This document shows, one piece after another, positions 22,528-33,455 of a stretch of 64,000 bases of DNA. The translations under genes were made by a program, and so were the position numbers. The DNA comes from Rhynchopus sp. YZ270_cl-10 (taxonomy: Eukaryota): NCBI GenBank assembly GCA_964035575.1, contig OZ037835.1:682001-746000 (forward strand). The letters are read 5' to 3'. Positions within the stretch are counted from its first letter, which is position 1. Every line of letters starts with the position of its first letter. Under the pieces are notes generated by a model. That model was not told where the DNA came from. It was given only the letters and a program-made list of their open reading frames with translations, and searched no databases.

Positions 22528-24144
22528 TGGGGTGATCAGAGGTACTTTTTTGCAGCTCCAGTCACAAAGAATCATGAAAAATCACGAAAAATCACAAAAT
22601 CCGGAATGCGAATCACAAAAAATCACAAAAAATCACAAAATCCGGAATGCGAATCACAAAAAATCACAAAAAATCACAAAAAATCACAAAATCTGGAATG
22701 CGAATCACAAAAAATCACAAAAAATCACAGAAAATCACAAAAAACACCGCGAATATGGTGATTTGGCCTGAGTGTTTGCAAGGCGTTGATCCTACACTGG
22801 GTCGTCGTCAGACACCGTGGCAGTGTGCGGGGCAGGGGCAGATGGGCTAGCTTGACAAAAAAAAAACACAAAAATCTGTGGTGTGGCGCCTTAACCGATT
22901 CCCCGTGGTTCTACCGTGTTTCTACCAGTTGTCGCTCCATAAAGGGGGGGTATAGATGTTAGAAAAATTTCTTTTCTTTTTTTCGCTGGTGAGCTTTTAA
23001 ATGCCGGCATTTGCATTTCCGGAATCCGTCCGGCCAGTGGTGGGGTCAATTTGCCGAAATGGACAAGTTCTCATTTTTGGTCAATTTTTCGCAGTGCACA
23101 GTATACACAGTATACACAGTATACACAGTATACACAGTATACACAGTATACACAGTATACACAGTATACACAGTATACACAGTATACACAGTATACACAG
23201 TATACACAGTATACACAGTATACACAGTATACACAGTATACACAGTATACACAGTATACACAGTATACACAGTATACACAGTATACACAGTATACACAGT
23301 ATACACAGTATACACAGTATACACAGTATACACAGTATACACAGTATACACAGTATACACAGTATACACAGTATACACAGTATACACAGTATACACAGTA
23401 TACACAGTATACACAGTATACACAGTATACACAGTATACACAGTATACACAGTATACACAGTATACACAGTATACACAGTATACACAGTATACACAGTAT
23501 ACACAGTATACACAGTATACACAGTATACACAGTATACACAGTATACACAGTATACACAGTATACACAGTATACACAGTATACACAGTATACACAGTATA
23601 CACAGTATACACAGTATACACAGTATACACAGTATACACAGTATACACAGTATACACAGTACACACAGTACACCCAGTACACAGTACCAAAAAAAATCAA
23701 AATCAATTTGATTCACAACTTCACACCAGTTCACAACGCCACTATGTTAACCGTGATGTTACCATAACATTACCATGGTTGTGAACATTTGTGATCAGGT
23801 ACCCCCGTATAGTACCATTCAATCACTGAAAAATTTCACAGAAATTTCACAAAAAATCACAAACATCTGGAATGCGAATCACAAAAAATCACAAAAAATC
23901 ACAGAAAATCACAGAAAATCACAAAAAATCACAAAATCCGGAATGCGAATCACAAAAAATCACAAAATCCGGAATGTGAATCACAAAAAATCACAGAAAA
24001 TCACAAAAAATCACGTACGCTCACAAAAAACCCAAACAAAATCATAATTTCGTTTTTGTAAGCATTTGTAACCGTTTGTAACCGTTGTGATTTTTCGTGA
24101 TTTTTCTTGACTCGAGCTGCAAAAAAGTACCTCTGATCACCCCA
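22528..24144. mobile_element. Non-autonomous TG...CA element, 5-bp TSD
   Basis: 31-bp TIR TGGGGTGATCAGAGGTACTTTTTTGCAGCTC; TSD AAATG at 22523-27 and 24145-49; AATCACAAAA subterminal arrays. Confidence 0.88.
23097..23661. repeat. (CACAGTATA)n, ~62 perfect copies
   Basis: Direct reading. Confidence 0.97.
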
Positions 24145-25371
24145 AAATGGGGGTAAAAATCGCGAAACGGGAAATGGGGGAAATGGGGGAAATGGGGAGG
24201 GGTTATTTTAAGGTTTTTGGGAGGAAATAAGCTCAAAAAACCTCAAAAAATATCTCAAAAACTGCCCGCCGCCCCCAACCCGATTTTCCAATCGGAGAGG
24301 GTGACACGCCACTACACCACTTGTATCAAAACCTAGGCGAGCAACAGTAAGAAAAGTATATAAGATGAACCTAAGCGTGTGCTTGGTCACCTTGTTGGGA
24401 GCAAAATACAAGAGTACGCACTGAGTGACGGGGTGCTGTGGAAAAAAAAAGGTGATGAGCTAAACCAGCCAATGAAGGGGTCCCGAGATAATTACTGATC
24501 TAAGAAAACATCTGGTGGTGTGGCTGAATCCAAAAAAGGTCACTTGGTCAGGACTTGGTCAGGGTTCGTTTTTGGCTTTTTCAGCCACACCGTTTGAGGG
24601 GTAAATAATACTTTGGGTTATATAGACAGAGCGTGTGTCCTGACACTGGGTAAATAAAAAATCATGATGAAAGTAAAAGTTGCAAGATGAATATGCCTCA
24701 CGCAGACGTGCATACACTACTAAAAAACTACAGACCTATTCACATAAATTGTAATTTGTAATTTATAGGCCTTTTTGAAAAAGGGCATTTTTATTTTAAA
24801 TAACAGTTTTTATATTACAATTTTCAAAAATAGTAATTTTATCGCCCCCCGCACCCCCTTTTTTTTTATTTTTAAATTACAATTTTCACGATTTGTAATT
24901 CGCAAACCCGTAAAGCTAGTAGGCGTGTTGAACGTATTGGCACGTGAGCCTACAACGCCTTCCCTGTTGCTGCCGCGTACTGCGGTTTCTTGTTGGCCCA
25001 CTCAGCGGGGTTACATCCCTGTATCTTAGACGCGAGGGGATATGCAGACAGCACATATCGGAATCAATGCAGAGATTGTGTGAAGAGACTTCTTCTTTCG
25101 CTTCTGTTGCAACGTCAGGTTGCACAATATCAGGACGGCAATGATCGTGAAACTTCATAATATTATGAAGTAATACTTTCCCCCCCCCCCAATCAACTAT
25201 GTCGATTATTGAGTCACATTTGAACGGCGTGCAACTTGCTTATGATGCGGTCGTGCTTTGAAGCTTTTGTGGGAGACGAGATCTGGGCTTTGGAGGTTTT
25301 GGTGGGCCTGAACGAAGGTGATCTCCGGGATGCAGTGATGGAATTTTGGGAGTTTGTGCAATCAACGATAA

Positions 25372-25858
25372 TGGTGCTTCCCGGGGGGTATGCATTTCAC
25401 AAATTTTCAATTCAATTCACAACTTTTCACAACTATTCACAACTTTTCACTACCCTTTTTTCTCTCGTTGGTGAAGCTCTTAAACGCCGGCATTTGCATT
25501 TCCGGAATCCGTACGGCCAGTGGTGGGGTCAATTTGCCGAAATGGACAAGTTCTCGTCATTTCCGCACATCACACAGTACACAGGTACACAGGTACACCA
25601 CATCACGTTCTATCTTGTGAATCCCAGCGTACCCCTCAATGGGTGGGTCACCACCCCGCCCAAAAAAAAAGCACACACAAAAAAAAATCAATTCACAACT
25701 TTTCACAACTATTCACAACTTTTCACATTTTTTCACAATTTTTCACCACTTTTCACCAGCCTTCACAATTTTGTAGCGGTTTTCGTGTTGTGAAAATTTG
25801 TGAAAACTTGTCACATTTTGTGAAAATTTGTGAAATGCACACCCCCCGGGAAGCACCA
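25372..25858. mobile_element. MITE with TG...CA ends, 5-bp TSD
   Basis: TIR TGGTGCTTCCCGGGGGGT.TGCATTTCACAAATTTTCA; TSD GATAA at 25367-71 and 25859-63; empty-site-like sequence at ~40173-40230. Confidence 0.88.
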
Positions 25859-26232
25859 GATAAAACCTTTTTTTCTCTTTTACTTACCTATCAGAGTTAC
25901 TATTTTTATATTACAATTTTGCCACTTTGTTATTTTATGGGTGTTTTTGGGTTTATTTTAAATTACAAATTTATTTACTGGGGGGGGGGCGAATAAGAGA
26001 TCAGGGGTGAATAAGAGATCAGGGCCGAATAAGAGATCAGGTTGAGATTTTGGGGGTATTTTTTTTTTTTTTTTTTTGCATGCGCCAGGGTTTTATCTTG
26101 AATTTTTTTTTTGAAATTTTACCCTGTCTACCCGGTCTGGCAAAAAAGTGGTCAAAATATTTTTTTTGCCTCCGGCGAAAATGTCTTTTTGCTTTTTTTC
26201 CCCCAAAAAATTTTTTTTATTTCTGGCTCGTC

Positions 26233-29200
26233 CAGGGTCCTCAACCGTAGACAAAGTCTGGCCACAGATTTGTCTAAGTTAAAAAAAAAGGCTAAAAAAA
26301 AATTTTCGCGCTCCGCGCGAAAAGGTCCTGTACAAAGCTAAAAATTGGGGGCTTTTTTTTTTTGTGTTGCTTTTTCGAAACTCGTTAAGTGGTCTTTTCA
26401 TTTCAATAGAAGAGTTCGACAAATGAACAATCACACCCCACCCCACCCCTTCGCCCCACCCGTACCCCTAACCCCATTGTCCCCCCAACCTGATAAGCAT
26501 CACACAGAAACTCTAACCTTCTTTCTTTTAAAGGCTTCAAAAATCCTTTGGATTTGGTCAGGCGTAAATTTATTCTCATTTGTCTCTGCCTGTTTGCACA
26601 TAAGAATGCATAGCAGACTTGAATCCAGCAGTTTGTTTCTGTAGCTATTCTTGACGTACTTCATGCCGTTGAAGCAGCGCTCGTCTTCAACTGATGTGAC
26701 GGGGATTGACAACCCAAGCAAAACAAGATCCCTCATAATGGGGTAGGCGTCTCCTGCGGAACTTGTCAAGAATGTTGCGATCAGGTCCGAAGTGTCCTTT
26801 GTTGTAGTTCTCTTCGACAAAACGTCCACCAGGATCCTCCATTCTTTCACAGCTACAGCTTTCTTTGTCTCCAGACTGTTCAGTTCTGGCGACTCCTCAA
26901 CGAACGGCGTCGTGTCCACGCTCAGTAACGGCGTTGTTTGAGTGCGCGATATCACAGTATGCTCCGTCTTGGAGTACTCTGGTCTCCCACGCGTCTTCTC
27001 GCCCACAACATCGTACTTTTTGTACTCGAGTGTATGCAGCTCAGTAAATTCCTCGATGAGCTTCTTCACCTCGGTGTTGCCGTAGATCGCCAGCCCGTCC
27101 GCGTTAGCAGGGAGGTTGCGGATGTCGAATACTGAGAAGCATCTCACAATGTCCATGTTCACGAATCGTTCACTGAGGCACTTCAGCAGCTCCTTGAGGT
27201 ATGGCTTGCAGACCGTGTCGTGATGAATCGCAAAGTTCCGACGGGAAAGTTTTGTACCGTGGCATTGATTATACCTCGGTACCCATTCTGGGTAGAACGG
27301 GAACATGTTCGGGTTGGTTTCAAGCAACGACAATGACGCAACACATTTGTCGATGTGGCTGCAAACGGTGAGCAGGTTTGTGTTCCTGCTCTGGAGCGAC
27401 GTCGACAGCACGTTCAACTCGTCCAGGACCACCGTCATGAAGGACAACGTTGCAAAAAAACCGGGCTCTTTGATGTGCTGCGCGATGAACGGTGCTTCCA
27501 CGTCGCCGGCCTCTCCAAGCTTGCACAGGGCGCTGTGCACGGCGGGGTACTCCTTGCGGACGGTGCTGCAACACCTGCCGTTGGTGAGCCACCGGGTGTC
27601 ACCCGGCTTTGCGATGAGGATGTCACAGTACTCACACAAGTCGCGAAGTTCCTCCAGCATCTCCTCCAGGGTGTCGAGCTTAATCTTGGATCCCGAAAAA
27701 AAAACCCACACCCACCGCAGGCCGTCGAAGAACCGGGTAATCTCCGGCGATTTCCCCTCTGCCGCTGCTTCTGGGCCACAGAGTGCGAGGGAGTGTGCGT
27801 AGCACCAGGTGAAGAGGGCGCCTGGGTTTATGTCTGCACGGATTTGTTGTTGGCAGCCCTTGTTCGAGGAACGCATTGCCGATGCGCCATCAAACGAGCA
27901 TCCACTCATCTTCCCGTAGTCGAGCCCGAGCTGGTCTATCCACTTCGTCAGCAACGACGCGTAACCAGCCCCCGTCTGGTCCTTCAGCTCACCCATCATG
28001 ATGAGCTTCTCGACGGGGGTGGCACCGACCATGTATCGCACGACGAAGACGAGTTGCTCCTTCTTGCTGACGTCGCGTGAGCAATCCCCCGACAGGCCCC
28101 AGAAACGGGAGGCTTTGACCTGCTTGAGGAGGTCTTCTGTCAACACCTCCGTGATGCAGGACATGATCTCTAAGACTGCACCGCAGCTGAGATAGCGTAT
28201 TTGTTGTCTGAGGTATGCCTCCATGTCGGTGCACTCCAGCTTGTCTGCGAAAAAACTCAGAAACTCCTCCAAGTTAGAGTGCCCTACACCTTTGCGCGCG
28301 AGGAAAACAATAACCTCAATGCATATTTTCAGCATTTTTTGGTTGAACTCGACTTCTTTGTCGCTGTTGGCGTGCAACGTGTGAAGCACGGTTCCATTGG
28401 AAGCCTGCAGAGCGGCAGCCTTCACGAGACGTTGGTGTTTGGGGTCGCCTGCATGCGCAGGGAGGTCTCTGGCGAGCTTGGTCTTTGCATGAGAGAAAGC
28501 ACCACAATACAAGCACTTGAACTTGTCTTCACCCACCACCAACCAGGGGGAAAAACGGTTCAAATGGCCCTGCACCGTGCTCTCCCGCAGACCCATACAA
28601 CCTTTCTCCTGCGCTTCGCGTTTACGTTTCAGCGTGTTGGTGGAGTCGGTGTTCGCTGGTGCGGTCGTGGTGTTCGTGAGGTTGGGATTGTTCGTGTTGG
28701 AGTGCGTGGGACCTAAGAAGACAACATCGCCGTCAGAAGAGTACTCGTCGACATCATCGATTTCCATTGCTGCCTCGGGTTGCTCGGATGCTGCGTTGCG
28801 TCTCACTGGCACACATTGCTCCTCCTCCTCTTCTTCGGACGTTGAATCCACGTACTTAACAGCACTCACCTGTGGAGCCATCATCACCACACGTTTCTTC
28901 ACCTTCTTGCCTTGCGACACCTGGCTCTGCACAGACACGGCAGAGGCATCGCTGTCTCCCCCCTTCTCTGCTTCGTTCATGGCGAACTCATGCGCCTCCG
29001 CAACGATCGTCAGGATCGTCTTCCGCTTGCTCCCCTCCCTGTCGTCGTCCGCCAGTTTGGCGCGATCAAACTCCTTCAACCAGAGTTTGAGCACCTTGTT
29101 GGTGTCGTTCTGGTGGTTTTTAAACCCCCTCACCGTCCCCTCCGCCACAAGAAAAAGGTGAAGGGAAGCGAGCCGGGGTGTCGGACCATCGGGGATGGAC

Positions 29201-29604
29201 TTGTACTTGCCTGAAGACCACAGGTCGTAGTGCGTATCCCCTTTGTTGGGTTCCACCACACGTACCACAGGTGCCGCAACAGCTCCCTTCTTGAACATGG
29301 ACACGATGGTGGGCTGTGCTTTGGAGGTCTTGGCAGTGGCAGGCATTTTTGCGGATGAGTTTGTTCAATTGTAGTTAGTCTGAGGAGGTGGCTTGTGTGG
29401 GTGGGTACAATGGGGTCCGCGCAGGTGAGGACTGAGGGAGTCTTGAGGGAACTCATTTTTTTTTTTGTTTTCAGTAAAGCTTCTTCTCTTTCAAACCACC
29501 CAAAAACCCAAAACCCAGGTTTTGTCTAACTTAGACAAAGCGTTTTTCAAAAAAAAAAAAAATTGTCTAAGTTAAGGCCTAACTTAGACAGGTTGAGGAC
29601 CCTG
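26233..29604 (-). mobile_element. hAT DNA transposon (hAT-2), apparently intact
   Basis: Perfect 14-bp TIR CAGGGTCCTCAACC; perfect 8-bp TSD GGCTCGTC at 26225-32 and 29605-12. Confidence 0.95.
26500..29346 (-). CDS. hAT transposase (DUF4371/ZMYM1-like type)
   Basis: 948-aa ORF: CLYC...HAGDPKH zinc finger, FWGLSGDCSRDVSKKEQLVFVVRY, SFDGASAM, CYAH, DTRW, PVTSVEDERCF. Confidence 0.92.
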   Translation of the reverse strand: MPATAKTSKAQPTIVSMFKKGAVAAPVVRVVEPNKGDTHYDLWSSGKYKSIPDGPTPRLASLHLFLVAEGTVRGFKNHQNDTNKVLKLWLKEFDRAKLADDDREGSKRKTILTIVAEAHEFAMNEAEKGGDSDASAVSVQSQVSQGKKVKKRVVMMAPQVSAVKYVDSTSEEEEEEQCVPVRRNAASEQPEAAMEIDDVDEYSSDGDVVFLGPTHSNTNNPNLTNTTTAPANTDSTNTLKRKREAQEKGCMGLRESTVQGHLNRFSPWLVVGEDKFKCLYCGAFSHAKTKLARDLPAHAGDPKHQRLVKAAALQASNGTVLHTLHANSDKEVEFNQKMLKICIEVIVFLARKGVGHSNLEEFLSFFADKLECTDMEAYLRQQIRYLSCGAVLEIMSCITEVLTEDLLKQVKASRFWGLSGDCSRDVSKKEQLVFVVRYMVGATPVEKLIMMGELKDQTGAGYASLLTKWIDQLGLDYGKMSGCSFDGASAMRSSNKGCQQQIRADINPGALFTWCYAHSLALCGPEAAAEGKSPEITRFFDGLRWVWVFFSGSKIKLDTLEEMLEELRDLCEYCDILIAKPGDTRWLTNGRCCSTVRKEYPAVHSALCKLGEAGDVEAPFIAQHIKEPGFFATLSFMTVVLDELNVLSTSLQSRNTNLLTVCSHIDKCVASLSLLETNPNMFPFYPEWVPRYNQCHGTKLSRRNFAIHHDTVCKPYLKELLKCLSERFVNMDIVRCFSVFDIRNLPANADGLAIYGNTEVKKLIEEFTELHTLEYKKYDVVGEKTRGRPEYSKTEHTVISRTQTTPLLSVDTTPFVEESPELNSLETKKAVAVKEWRILVDVLSKRTTTKDTSDLIATFLTSSAGDAYPIMRDLVLLGLSIPVTSVEDERCFNGMKYVKNSYRNKLLDSSLLCILMCKQAETNENKFTPDQIQRIFEAFKRKKVRVSV

Positions 29605-29874
29605 GGCTCGTCCGTTCGCCTAATAAGAGATGCCACATCTCTTATTCGCCCCCCCCCAGTAATTGTAATTCAAAATAGTAATTTTTGCATTTTTTTGGGG
29701 GTGAAAATTTATTTTTTATTTTATTTTTACTATTTTTGTGAATAGGTCTGTAGTGGATATTGGATTTCAAAAAAACGGAGGACGTGACCCCCCTCAGATG
29801 AGGGGTTTCACAGTTCACACATGGGGGCACAGAGAATAGGGGATTTTTTTTTTTTTTTTTTTGGGATTTATTTC

Positions 29875-30618
29875 CAGGGCGTTCGCTATCGCCATCGTTT
29901 TTTCCTGATCGTGGCGAAATGCCAAAAACCCCGAAATTTTCGTTTTTTTACTAGTGCTTAAAATAGGTCAAAAAAATTTTCCCGCCGGAGAGAAGTTAGT
30001 TCGTGGGTGAATCCCTGGTACTGAATGGTCAAAAAAAATTTGCGATTTGCGCGTGATCCCTTCCCCAGCACAAGTGATATTACAGCTGAACTTTCCTGAT
30101 ACTAAAACCAGCAAAACGATGAAGAATTTCATCAATCCCCCCTCACTGAGGGTCTCTTTGTGTTGTTTAATCAAGCAGATGTACAAGAGAGAGGCATCCG
30201 TCATATGAGACTTCATCCTTATTTTGATTATTTTCAACTCTCTGCCATTGAAGATAGAGTTGACACGAGCAGTGACACCTTCTATAACAGGGGGTACGGT
30301 ACACCTTCAGCAGACTGCAGGATTGAGGAGCGAGCGGGAGTGCTGGGGAAACTTCCTCTCACGGCAGGCGGGTTTACGGATGATTTTGAGTACAGTGGAC
30401 ACCCCTCTGCGACCCCCGGAGGGGTCTACAGGGTGGTGGGGAGAAATCTCTCTCTCTCTCTCTCTTTTTTTCCCCCTTTATTTATTTATTTATTTATTTA
30501 TTTATACAGGGTTTCGCCCCGGTGGGGCGAAGCCCTGGGGCGAAATAAAACGTCATTTTTTCAGGAAAAAAATTTTTTAACGAAAAAAAATATTTTTCGC
30601 CCCGGGGCGAACGCCCTG
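29875..30618. mobile_element. Non-autonomous hAT element (744 bp)
   Basis: TIR CAGGGCGTTCGC/GCGAACGCCCTG; 8-bp TSD TTTATTTC; empty site at ~3830-3860. Confidence 0.88.
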
Positions 30619-30962
30619 TTTATTTCAGTTCTGTTTTGACATGAAATAACTCTTTTTTCCTACCCAAAACTGCTCAGAAATGTCAAAAACAAAAAACCCC
30701 TTGTAAAGGATTTTGACCTGACTCACAGAAATGAGGGTGAGTGCACAACACGAGGGGAGGGGGGATTAACAGAAAAAGCCTCAGATGTTCCCACTCCATT
30801 CGTTTTCTCTTGTTTACAAAAAGGACAAAAAAAAATCAATGTTCAAAATGTTGAGATTGACAAAGCCCATGGGCGAACCCTGGTCTGTCACCAGCTAACA
30901 TACCAACAGAGAGAGAGAGCACTGGGAGGATATAGGGATGTGTACCGGTGCAAGTATGCCTG

Positions 30963-31214
30963 GTGGTTGTATTGTGATAATTGCCCATCATAATACATAA
31001 CATCACATCACAATACAGCTGTATTGTGGTGTGTATTACCGTATTCGTACAAATTATCGACCGTAAAACAGGTCGAACTTCCAGAAAAACCCTGAAAAGG
31101 TCGAACATTATTGCGATCCATAATTTGTACGAATACGGTAATACACATCACAATACAGCTGTATTGTGATGTGTGTTATGTATTATGATGGGCAATTTAT
31201 CACAATACAACCAC
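30963..31214. repeat. Foldback repeat with ~95-bp arms
   Basis: GTGGTTGTATTGTGATAATTGCCCATCATAATAC...GTACAAATTAT mirrored at ~31119-31214; only part of one arm at the homologous site ~4190. Confidence 0.85.
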
Positions 31215-33455
31215 ACTACCCGTGTCCCCGACGTGCAAAGTGCCGGATATTCGGCCGAACCCTGGTTCAGAATTCCTTTATCGGGCCTTGTAAAAAGTGC
31301 TTTTTAACATATCGGGTCTTTGGGTGTTAGTGTGCTAAAAGCGGTGTAACAAAAAGGTGGAAAAAAAAAGTGTGAACTGAAATTGGTGTTGGTGCTTTGA
31401 AAATCGAAGTGAATCAAATAAAACAGACAATTACAAAAAGCAAGCTTTTTGTTTTCTGTTTTGTTTGCCAATTTTAGTACTGACAACTGAAAGATGTTGT
31501 GGAACAAAAGAAAGAACAAAAATATAAATAACTTTCGCACGAAAAAAAGTTGACATGAAAGCCCTCTCATGACAGTGTACCAAAAAGGTTTATTGTGTCT
31601 CTTTGTCTTTAAGTTTCATTGCATTGAAGCCATCCAGCCAATCCACACATTGGCTTTTCAAAGTTACCGAATAATAAAGTTATTTGGACCCCCCCTTTAA
31701 GATAAACCTGAAGCCTCGATGTGACAGTTAAATGAAATAAAGAAAATACTTTTTACACAGGATATCCGGAATTGTGTTTCGGGGGAGACACTTTGTTTCT
31801 GTCGGGCTACAAAATTTTCAACAAAAAATAAAATAAACAGTGAAATAATCAATACAAATTTCATAAAAATAATCCGTACATTTTATTTTTCCTTCCTTCA
31901 AACTAAACACACAACGCTTCTGGTTTTTGGGAGACACACAAGGTGCCAGGTTCTATGATATGCACGGAACCACCCTGCACCTGTTTGTCATATTGTTTCC
32001 CGTGCAATACATGGGGAAACGTTTCGCACTCGAAACTAGGGAAAGCTTTTTGATAAAAATTAGCGAAGTACCAAAACCAGCGCGTGTGGAAGAAAAAAAG
32101 GAGAGGAAAATATTTTTTCTGATTCAAAGTGGTGTTTACGTTTTGGGTACGGGGTGGAGAATAAAATCTGTTCGATAAAAGAAACGCGAGTTTATTGTTT
32201 TATCTTGTTCAAATGTCTCAAAAAGGGGGGGGAAACGCACGGAGAGGGGTATCTAGGGGTATTGAAGTTTGTTCAGCCCTTTGGGTTGGCATTTTTTCCG
32301 TCTCTTTTCATCTTTTGTCACGTTTTCACCCCGGCATTTGATGCGGGGCGAAAACTTTGGTAAACTGCGCCTACACCTCAGTGCTTACACGGTGACCAAA
32401 TAGGTGATGACATGATACATGATACATAACATGTTAAATGACGTGATACTGCATGGTGTTGTTATCCTGTCATGCACATGGTATGCAACACATAATCATG
32501 TGTACTTGGTAGGCCGTTAGTCATCCTAACAAAATACAGGTGTCAATAGCGATCTTCACCTACACAGAAAAACGGGAAACGAAACAGGGGGGAGAGTTTG
32601 TTAGTTGTACTCTTCCACTTTTTGAAGACTGATATGTTTACAAAAGAGCTAACTAGAAAAGGTAAGAAAACTGAAAGTCCTGAAGTACAGATGGTGATGT
32701 GTGAGAAGGGAGGAGCACAAATGAGGGTGACAACAGTTAGAGCGACCGTAACATTTCCCCTGTGTAGTATTTGCCCTGTCAACTGCGTTTGACCTACAAC
32801 TTTATCGACGTTTGGATAAAGAAAACTAGAAATGAAAGCGGGTTTGGGGGGAAGAGTTTAATTCTTGAACGCATCCCCACACTCAGTCACACAACAACAT
32901 TTTTTTTCTCTGAAAAACACCAAACGCTGTTCACAATAATGAACAAAAAATTGACAATTTTCCTGATGTGCCTGATGTGTGTGTGATGGGGAGCACGGGA
33001 GGGAAAAAACGACTCGTGGATACTGAAAAATTTCACTAGAAATGCACACATGTCTTGTAAAAATAAAAAGGGAAAATCACCCGACACACTAGACACCACA
33101 GTGACGGGGTGGCAAGACTAAACTGTGGTAGCAAGAACGTTTCTTTCTTGTGCAACAAACAAAATATGACAACACTGCGTGCCGTCAGAGCAAGGTGCAA
33201 ACAATACATTGCGTGTGGAAGCGTTTCGGCGACACTAATACGGTGGGTCACTAATAAGAACACAAAGAGACATGCTTATCTTATTACCTCAACAAGTAGA
33301 GCGGGTTTGCCAAGTGCTCTTCATTGGTGTCCACTGGAATAGGTATCCGATAGGTATATACAGGGTGGAGAAAATAAAAGAGAATGTAGATAATGCTTTC
33401 TGTAGCAACACACAGCACTGTGTAGTATTCTTCCGAATGAAAGAACACAGCAACC

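Larger units (their letters stand above)
25978..29659. mobile_element. Tc1/mariner-type MITE (TA TSD) interrupted by hAT-2
   Basis: TIR CTG(G)nCGAATAAGAGAT/ATCTCTTATTCG(C)nAG with TA on both sides. Confidence 0.8.
24731..29750. mobile_element. TA-flanked TIR element C (outermost of a nest)
   Basis: TIR CAGACCTATTCACA/TGTGAATAGGTCTG; TA at 24729-30 and 29751-52. Confidence 0.75.

Noticed and set aside
22560..22745. CRISPR-like array
   Set aside because: Degenerate subterminal repeats without unique spacers; no cas genes; eukaryotic context.
23001..23784. Repetitive ORFs (HSI, YTV, GYWVLGT, LFVVCC and similar)
   Set aside because: Translations of stop-free satellites.
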